Below are positions 27,965 to 36,400 of a stretch of DNA of 64,000 nucleotides, piece after piece (within the stretch, counting starts at the first letter, position 1; each line of letters opens with the position of its first letter). A model generated the notes under the pieces. It was given only the letters and a program-made list of their open reading frames with translations, ran no database searches and was not told the DNA's origin. Location: assembly GCA_944320495.1 (NCBI GenBank), contig CALUHR010000005.1, positions 160,001 to 224,000 on the forward strand, written 5' to 3'. The translations under genes were made by a program, and so were the position numbers. This stretch comes from Candidatus Methanomethylophilaceae archaeon (GTDB lineage Archaea; Thermoplasmatota; Thermoplasmata; Methanomassiliicoccales; Methanomethylophilaceae).

Positions 27965-29247
27965 CCGCCCCTGTAAACCTCAAGACGGCCTTCGTGACGA
28001 TTCTCGCTTTGGCATCCGCGATGGCGTTCGTCCCATTGATTGCGGACGATTCCGACGCGGTTACCGATCTCGGGACGTACGCTGGCGGGGAGAATCTCAG
28101 CACCCCAGACGCCGCCTATTCTGGGATAGTTATAAACAGCGTGGGAACAACGCTTCCCAGCAACAAGGTGTTCTACGTAACCATTGGTGCGGACGTGAGT
28201 CTGTCCCTTGGAGATGAGAATCAGAGTTTCGATTGTGAGAATAACGACCTCGGCCTGTACAATGACGACTTGTACGGCGGTGTCGATGGAACCGTCTCCG
28301 GGTACGGATGTGCGGAGATTTTTGCGGATTACAGTTACAGCAGATTCTACATCCTGATTGTCAGTCTCGATCCGAATGGAGTGACCGATCTGGGATCGTA
28401 CGACGGTTCGGTGAACGTCAGCAGCCCCACCGCCACATATTCTGGCATTACGAAGCACGGGGACTGGTTCGAGACGATTTACGTCTCGCTTGGTGCGGTC
28501 ATAGACGTCAGGGAGGAGAATGAACCGCTTGTTCTCTCCCTGTCGAACGATGACATGGGCATCTATGTCTGGACGGACAACAGCATCGACCAGCTCGGAG
28601 GCACGGTTTCAGCCTATGGTTCAACCGATGTGATGATCTCCTACTCTACGGGCGGTTACAGCTATACCATAACATGTCTAGAACCCATCAAAACATACAC
28701 CGTCATCTTTGATTCCAACGGCGGTTCCACAGTGGACAACTTCGTCACCGATGCCGACGGACTCGTCAAGGAACCCGACGACCCGGTCCTGGCGAACCAC
28801 ATCTTCGCAGGCTGGTACACGGACGATGGCGAACCCTTCGACTTCTCGCAGCCGATCTCCGAGGACATAACCCTCTATGCCCAGTGGGTGGACGAGCTCG
28901 TCTTCACCACCATTCCCACATCGGATGGCATCGTCAAGGCTGTTTCCAGTCTCGCAGGCACGATCCTCTGCGACGCCACGCTGTCCTCCGACTACACCTC
29001 CCTTCTCTGGGATCTCGGTGACGGAACGACATCGACCAACACCTACGTCACACACTACTATGGCGAACCGGGCCGGTACAAGGTGACTCTAACTGTTTTT
29101 AACGAACACGGGAGTGATACCACGGAATTCACAGTCAATGTGCCCGAAGAGTCCGTCGGGGGGGGGGGCAATGAACTCCTTCTCTACGCCGCAGTCGGAC
29201 TGCTGGCACTCGTCGCGGGAGGTCTGGTCGTTAGAAGGTTCCTCTGA
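27961..29247 (+). CDS. Adhesin paralog; anchor in frame
   Basis: Ends GGGGNELLLYAAVGLLALVAGGLVVRRFL*. Confidence 0.85.
   Translation: MTAPVNLKTAFVTILALASAMAFVPLIADDSDAVTDLGTYAGGENLSTPDAAYSGIVINSVGTTLPSNKVFYVTIGADVSLSLGDENQSFDCENNDLGLYNDDLYGGVDGTVSGYGCAEIFADYSYSRFYILIVSLDPNGVTDLGSYDGSVNVSSPTATYSGITKHGDWFETIYVSLGAVIDVREENEPLVLSLSNDDMGIYVWTDNSIDQLGGTVSAYGSTDVMISYSTGGYSYTITCLEPIKTYTVIFDSNGGSTVDNFVTDADGLVKEPDDPVLANHIFAGWYTDDGEPFDFSQPISEDITLYAQWVDELVFTTIPTSDGIVKAVSSLAGTILCDATLSSDYTSLLWDLGDGTTSTNTYVTHYYGEPGRYKVTLTVFNEHGSDTTEFTVNVPEESVGGGGNELLLYAAVGLLALVAGGLVVRRFL
29158..29168 (+). repeat. G11 tract before anchor (in frame)
   Basis: gtc-G11-caatgaactc. Confidence 0.9.
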
Positions 29248-29274
29248 TCTTGCTATGGCCGAGGGGGCGGTCGA

Positions 29275-30186
29275 ATGACCGCCTCTACAAACCTAAACAA
29301 GGGGATGTGCGGAATCGCCATCCTGGCTATCATCATTTCATCGTTGTCTGGGATGATTATGGTTTTCTCAGAAGATGGAGAAGCCGCTACGAGAGGTGGT
29401 TCTGGAACCCCCGAAGATCCATACTGGGGAACATTCGGTGGTCTGACAATTTATCTTCAGTGTAATCAGCACGATGGTGCCTATTTCCTCGTCGGCACCG
29501 TGTTCAGGTATGGTGAGCCATCTAGTGGTGAGGGATTCTATGACATATCTCCTGGATTTGGCCTAATCAGTGATGACTATACCATCGTAGGCACTGTGAC
29601 AAAGTCTGGGCAGTTCGATGCCCACCTCAAGAATCCAGCACAGGCCGATGAAATAACTCCAGCACACTTCACGATTTATTTCATAGACGAACCAGTCACA
29701 CCAACATATACAGTCGTCTTCAACTCCAACGGCGGATCGGACGTCCCCAACGCCACCACCGATGCCAGCGGCCTTGTCAAGGAACCCGACGATCCAGTCC
29801 TTGCGGATCACGTCTTCGCGGGCTGGTACACCAGCGACGGCGAGCCCTTTGACTTCTCCCAGCCCGTTACGGAGGACATAACCCTCCATGCACAGTGGGT
29901 CGACGAACTCGTGTTCACGACCATACCTACATCCGATGGCACCGTAAAGGCCGTGTCCGGCCTTGCAGGTACCATCCTCTGCGACGCAACCCTGTCCTCG
30001 GACTACACATCCCTTCTCTGGGACCTGGGCGACGGCACCTTCTCCGACAACACCTATGTCACGCACTACTACTCCGAACCCGGAACGTACACCGTGACCC
30101 TCACCGCGTACAATAACTACGGCACCGACGTCACGAAATTTACTGTCGAAGTGCCCGAGAATCTCGCTGGGGGGGGGGGGCAATGA
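29275..30186 (+). CDS. Adhesin paralog; truncated right after G12 tract
   Basis: Reads GGGGQ*; anchor frame encodes NDSILLWVPVILLAAILAAVVITRLL* (TGA 30260-30262). Confidence 0.8.
   Translation: MTASTNLNKGMCGIAILAIIISSLSGMIMVFSEDGEAATRGGSGTPEDPYWGTFGGLTIYLQCNQHDGAYFLVGTVFRYGEPSSGEGFYDISPGFGLISDDYTIVGTVTKSGQFDAHLKNPAQADEITPAHFTIYFIDEPVTPTYTVVFNSNGGSDVPNATTDASGLVKEPDDPVLADHVFAGWYTSDGEPFDFSQPVTEDITLHAQWVDELVFTTIPTSDGTVKAVSGLAGTILCDATLSSDYTSLLWDLGDGTFSDNTYVTHYYSEPGTYTVTLTAYNNYGTDVTKFTVEVPENLAGGGGQ
30169..30180 (+). repeat. G12 tract before anchor (one G extra)
   Basis: gct-G12-caatgacagc; 11 or 14 G restores the anchor. Confidence 0.9.
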
Positions 30187-30283
30187 CAGCATATTGCTGT
30201 GGGTCCCCGTCATCCTCCTGGCAGCCATCCTCGCCGCCGTGGTCATCACTCGGCTGCTCTGAACCCATTGCGGAGGTGGTCTG

Positions 30284-32155
30284 ATGGCCACCTCCGTCAA
30301 ACATCTCAGGGAATTCGCCGTCCTTGCGGTGGCGATTTGCTTGATTTCGATCATCTCCTTCGATGACGTGTCGGCGGATTCGGACGACTACTATCGCTAT
30401 GTCATTCATACCGATGGCACCATTGAGGGAAACTACACACCCATCGGAACATCATCGTCCACTGGCAGCTACACCAGCGTGAATGGTACGAACAGCGGGT
30501 CCTGGGCGTTCGACGAGGATGGATATGGCCCCTTCGGCTCGTTCTACGCGGCATTCGATCCTGCACAGGACAACAAGATGATTGGCCATCTGGATCCCGA
30601 TGACCTGACCAGGCTTGTCGATGGTACAAGCATTGCCGGACAACGGTACAATGTGATGTGGTGTCTCCCGACAGTGTACTGGCTCACGGATTCGAACGGG
30701 AATCTGATTCTCACCGACGACCCAGATGCTGGCGGAACTGCCTACGCGCACACCATAGATGGACACGTCTACGGCTACATCGGGATAGGAGTTTATGAGG
30801 CTAGCACTTGGACTGTCAATGGTAAGGCAATCTTAACATCATTCACAGAGATGGACCCAAGAACAGCTACAACACCAATCATCATGCGCGGTTGGGCAAA
30901 CAATCAACTTGTCAACACCTCTAATGACGAAACAAACGGTTGCGCCATGTTATGGAACTTCTACCAGTGGCAGTTGTATCGTTTCTGCGCTGTATCGGTT
31001 ATGGGATCTTGGAATTCCCAATCGGTTGCTGGGACTGGTAGTTTCAATTACAATAGATTCGATGGATATGCGGAAACCACGGGACAACTCGACAGCTCTG
31101 GACCTTACGCTGGAGACAAAACAACTGGCTCTGCAGGATATTGTACCCCCGTCAAGGTTTTCATCGAAAACGCATGGGGATCCACCGAAGAGTATGTTGA
31201 CGGCGTGGTAATTGATTCGCTCGAATACTATATCGATCAATCCGCGGTACCAACAGGAACAACGTCTGGAACATACATAACCAATCCGAATGGAAAACTA
31301 CCTCTGGGTTTAACTGGAGTGTATGCAGGCAGCCCCTCAACCGAAACCCAGATATGGGGTATGCCGACATCGATGGCGTCGACGCCTTTGCTATATGACG
31401 CGGCCATAACCACAAATGATACGGGAACACGCATCATGCTGGTTGGAGGCGCCCCCACAACTACGGATTCAATAATATCTGTCGCACAGTTCGGAGGCAT
31501 TTCGGCTATTAATTGCTCATACGTCGGGACATCCAGCATATATGTGGGGTCCCGTCTCGCCTTCGTCTTCGACGACGACCCATTCCAGCCCCAGACACAC
31601 ACCGTAACCTTCTCCACCGGTTCCTCCACCACCATCCCCTCCCAGATCATCGAATCCGGCCAGACCGCCCTCACACCCTCCAACCCCACCCTCGAAGGCT
31701 ACGTCTTCGACTGCTGGAGCACTTCCCCGACATCCCGCGTCCCCTACGACTTCAACACCCCCGTGACGCAGGACATCACCCTCTACGCCTTCTGGGTCGA
31801 GACCCTCGTCTTCACCACCACGCCCACCTCGCAGGGAACCGTCTCCGCCGTCCCGCGGATGGCCGGCACGATCCTCTGCGACGCGACGGGTTCCAGGGAT
31901 TACACGTCCCTGCTCTGGGACCTCGGCGACGGGACGCTCTCGACCGACAACTACGTCACCCACTACTACTCCGATCCGGGGACCTACACGGTCACGCTGA
32001 CCACGTACAACTCCCAGGGTGCGGACGTCACCACCTTCACCGTCGAGGTGCCAGAGGCACCCGGCGGGGAGGGCGACGGCGATCTCTTGCTCTGGGTCGC
32101 CATCGGGCTGTTGGTTTTACTGATAGTCGTCGTGGTGCTAGCGAGGATTCTATGA
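30284..32155 (+). CDS. Adhesin with phage tail-fibre/CLec-like head, InlB B-repeat, PKD, TM
   Basis: IENAWGSTEEYVDG and VGG...VGSRLAF motifs; linker codons are interrupted (GGC GGG GAG GGC GAC GGC), so no G tract. Confidence 0.8.
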   Translation: MATSVKHLREFAVLAVAICLISIISFDDVSADSDDYYRYVIHTDGTIEGNYTPIGTSSSTGSYTSVNGTNSGSWAFDEDGYGPFGSFYAAFDPAQDNKMIGHLDPDDLTRLVDGTSIAGQRYNVMWCLPTVYWLTDSNGNLILTDDPDAGGTAYAHTIDGHVYGYIGIGVYEASTWTVNGKAILTSFTEMDPRTATTPIIMRGWANNQLVNTSNDETNGCAMLWNFYQWQLYRFCAVSVMGSWNSQSVAGTGSFNYNRFDGYAETTGQLDSSGPYAGDKTTGSAGYCTPVKVFIENAWGSTEEYVDGVVIDSLEYYIDQSAVPTGTTSGTYITNPNGKLPLGLTGVYAGSPSTETQIWGMPTSMASTPLLYDAAITTNDTGTRIMLVGGAPTTTDSIISVAQFGGISAINCSYVGTSSIYVGSRLAFVFDDDPFQPQTHTVTFSTGSSTTIPSQIIESGQTALTPSNPTLEGYVFDCWSTSPTSRVPYDFNTPVTQDITLYAFWVETLVFTTTPTSQGTVSAVPRMAGTILCDATGSRDYTSLLWDLGDGTLSTDNYVTHYYSDPGTYTVTLTTYNSQGADVTTFTVEVPEAPGGEGDGDLLLWVAIGLLVLLIVVVVLARIL

Positions 32156-32159
32156 GAAC

Positions 32160-32189
32160 CCCGGGGGCGGGCGGATGCCCGCCCCCGGG
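32160..32189. terminator. Perfect 13-bp hairpin ending the adhesin operon
   Basis: CCCGGGGGCGGGC ggat GCCCGCCCCCGGG, 4 nt after the stop. Confidence 0.7.
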
Positions 32190-32217
32190 AAACCCTTTGA
32201 CCGTTCGTTCTCGGATG

Positions 32218-33306
32218 TTAACATTTGTTGATATGATGTATACAAATGTTAACATTGGAACGGGACGAGAGATCATGTGCCAGCGCCCTGACGGGCGCCG
32301 GCATGGGAACATGGTTGTTGATCCCTTCGTTCCAACCGCCGGACCGCGTCCGGCGGAGGATCGACCGCCCGGCCCCTCGGGCATGAAGCCCGGGGCCGGA
32401 CGGCGTCAGCCGTCCCGCCCCTCGCTCGGACGGATCATAGTACTTGGAAGTTCTGCGAAGTCTCGTCATATACTCATACGCCAGATCGGATTCGGGATTC
32501 GATGGAATCTTATCAATCAAGTCCTGATTAATCTGGTCTGAACTTCTGGCCATAAGATATTCCAAGGCATAGTGGGTAGCTATACAATTGATCGCAATTG
32601 GATTCATCAGACCCGCGGTTTGACAGAACTCTCTTTGGAAGATCTCTGCGTCTTCCAGATTGAATATTGTGAATAATCCCCTCGGGGACAGTGGAAAGAT
32701 GTAGCCGTCCAAACACATGCCGCGCTCCCGATACTCCTTGCAATGTTTGTGAATGTCGAACAGGTTGCATGGCATCACGGGGAAATCGCAGGTTATTAGC
32801 GCATCATGTTCCCACGATACGAACGAACACCCGTAGCTCTCCATCGGTTTCCCCGCGAGTTCCTTCTCAGAGCTGTCTATGGCCATCTGTCTCAGACGGC
32901 GGTTTGTCTCACAGATCCTGCTCTCATATTCCGGCCCGAACCTGTCGTCGTAGAATATGTCGGTGGCGGGGGATCTCGCAATCATTAGACTCGCGTATCT
33001 CAGAACCTTGCGCCATTGCTCCCAGTCCGTGATGGTTCCCTAAAGCATACCATCTATCATCGGTTCGCATTCACGCTCTATCCTCGCGATGTCTTTCTCG
33101 GTGAAGTTGATTGGACGATCCTTGGATTCATAGAGTTTCTCTATGAACAACACATTGTTCGGCGACGTGAGGAATCCTCTCCTTCTGCGTGTGTTGTAGA
33201 AGTAGACCTTTCCCTTCGCAGATCCGTCCTAGCTGGCGAATCTCTCCATGTACGCCTGAGGGATGAAGTGGGATCTCCGTGTGGGATTCTGGGCGTTCGT
33301 AGGCAT
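32218..33306 (-). CDS. DUF4238-like protein with two in-frame TAG codons (pyrrolysine read-through or pseudogene)
   Basis: MPTNAQNPTRRSHFIPQAYMERFAS-TAG(33229-31)-DGSAKGKVYFYN...MIDGML-TAG(33040-42)-GTITDW...RYASLMIARSP is one continuous frame; GAGGAT SD. The 3' end is uncertain. Confidence 0.65.
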
Positions 33307-33411
33307 ATCCTCATCCACCGGGGGTCGCAGGTATAAAGGAATCGACCGACTGGTTCTGGCAGCATATTCCGAGAATCCGTTCGAACGAAGTTCAACGGAG
33401 CAATTGTCTCT

Positions 33412-36400
33412 ATGATATCTTCGAATATGAACAAAAATGGGGAGAAAACCAAGCTCCTCGCAGCGGTCGCCGTGCTCGCCATGATCATGTGCGTGTTCGC
33501 GGTCGCCGCCATCCCGTCGTCCGATGCGGTCACAGGAGACGAATTCCTGGACGGTGCCGATGCAAACGGCGTTATCACCCTCGACGCGGATGTCACCGTA
33601 AGTTCCGTTATCACCGTGACCGGAGCACTTACCATCAACGGTAACGGACACACCATCTCCGCCGCCAAGGACTTTAGCACCTCTGGCCAGGGAGACAAGA
33701 ACCTCATAAGCATCGAATACAACGAGGACAAAGTCGTTCTCAACGATGTCACCTTCGCCGGTGCCTACGGAGTCAACGTCTACGATGCCGATGACGTCAC
33801 CCTGAACAACGTCACCGTCAAGGACAGCACCGGTGCCGGACTGACCGTCGGAACCAACTCCGTCGCCACCGTCAACGAGTCCTTCTTCAGCAACAACGGC
33901 TGGGGAGACATCAACGTCGACAAAGCTTCCACCCTGAACATCGACGACGCCACCGAGCTGACCAGCAACTTCCAGATCTGGTCCGAGGACGTCACCGCCG
34001 AAGAGAACCCCAGCGTCATCAACGCCGACTCCTACGTCGGCTACAGGTGGGACAAGACCGGCAACGATGCCGTCACCGACGGACGCGCCTACTTCAAGAA
34101 CGGCAACGTCCCTGCTGACATCACCCTCACCAGCCAGACCCTGACCGTCGCGGAGGGCCAGGCCCTCTTCATCGTCGGAGGCTCCACCGGAGTGATCCCC
34201 ACCGGAATCACCAACAACGGAATCGTCTACACCATCCCTGAGGGAACCACCGGTACCGTCAGCGGCAACACCGTCAGCATCTCCGGCACTGCAGCTATCG
34301 CGGACCTCGATGCCACCGGAGCCGACTGGAACGGCCTCTTCGACGGTGTCACCTCCAGCTGGTCCATCGTCGGAATCGCCGTCACCCTGAGCGACTACGA
34401 GTCCGTCGACCAGACCAACCCCGCGATGAACGACGCCTACCCCAAGGAGGACGGCACCGAGTCTTTCCCCAACGACAAGAAGACCACGACCCTCACCGGT
34501 AACGAGACCGGAAGCTACTGGTTCCTCATCCCCACCGACGGATCCCCTGTCAGTGTCACCTTCAACGGAAAGGACACCAACGCGGACCTCGCTCTGACCT
34601 TCAACTTCGACGTCGAGAACAAGGCCACCGCCACCGATGCCGCCTCCGCTAACGATGCTCTGAAAGACGAGAACATCAGCGAGGTCTCCATCGACGGATC
34701 CAAACTGACCAGCAGCACCACCCCCATTGTGGTCCCTGCCGACAAGACCCTCGTCATCGAGAACTCCACCGCTGACAGCGAGTTCGCCATCAACACCGTC
34801 GACGGCGACAAGACCCAGAGCGCCAAATTCGATGGAGTCACTGGAACCATCATCATCACCAAGGGATCCGTCGTGATGTACAGCCCTGACATGGTCAAGG
34901 ACGGAGTCGTCACCGTCGGAGCCGGCACCACTCTCAGGATCGCCGACGGAACCTCCATCGACGGAGTCAAGTTCGTCGGAACCGACGACAAATCCATCGT
35001 CGAGGTCCCCAGGAGCGCGACCGTCACCTTCGCCAACACCGTCACCTTCGACGACGTCGCCGTCAACCTGAAGGGAACCGTCAACGGCGGAACCATCCAG
35101 GTCGAGGAGGGCGCCACCGTCACCATCGACGGAACCGTCACCAGCGCCTTCGTCAACAATGGCGGAAAGATCGTCAACAACGCCCCGTCCCTCGGAGACA
35201 TCGAGCTCAAGGATGGAACCACCGTCATCGACCAGACCTCCATCAACGGAGCCCTCGGCCAGGACATCACCGTCACCGGCGAGGTCACCGTCGCCAAGGG
35301 AGGACACATCATCTCCAACGGAACCCTGACCATCGCCGAGGGTGCCAAGCTCATCCTCGAGGAGGGATCCTACCTCGCCATCGGAGCCACCGGAATGGTC
35401 GTCAACAACGGAACCATCGAGGTCCAGGCCGGAACCGAGGGCAACGAGACCTTCCGCTACGGCGGAAGCAGCATGGACGTCAGCACCACTGGAGCCATCG
35501 ACTTCCAGGGCGCCAACTCCTTCGCCAACGCCTTTAACGGCAGCACCGGAACCGACATCTCCGTCGCCGGAACCGTCACCGTCGGTGAGGAGGCCGCCGC
35601 CAACATCACCGGTATGACCGTCGCCGCCGGAGGCAACCTGTACGTCTACGGCAACGCCACCGGAGCCATCGTCAACAACGGAACCGTCACCGTCGACACC
35701 GAGGTCGGTTGCGACCTCGATGTCAACATGGGCAACGGGGCCGTTCTGAACCTCGTCAATGCCGTCGGAACCGTCGACGTCGCCGATGACAAGATGTCCT
35801 TCAAGTACCAGAACGCCGACAAGCCCATCAAGAACCCCGCCGAGGTCACCTTCCAGGACGTCTCCGGAATCACCGTCACCGACTCCCTGACCACCAAGGT
35901 CGAGAAGGACACCGCCACCGCGGATCCCGATGATACCACCAGGAACGGATACGGCAAGCTCTGCATCTCCGGAGCCGCCGGCATCGCCTCCAACGTCGAT
36001 GACACTCTCGATAAGGCCACCATCACCGTCGTCAGAGGAACCGTCAACGTCGCCGAGGACGCCACCCTCTCCTTCGTGAAGGGCTACACCCTCGCCGTCA
36101 ACGGAACCCTGGCCGTCGCCGGATCCGTCGACGCCACCGCCGAGGAGACTTCCATCAACGGCACCGGAACCGTGGACGTCACCGGAAAGATTACCTCCGA
36201 CGATACCATCGCCACCACCACCGTCAACGCCGCCTGGTACACCAGCGGAACCGGAAAGGACGCCGTCAACGTCTACACCTCCCTGGCCACCGCCATCGCC
36301 GACGGAGCCGACGACATCGATCTCCTGGGCAACTACAAGATCGCCGAGAACATCACCATCCCCGCCAACGTGAAGGTCAACGCCAACAGCGCCATCACCG

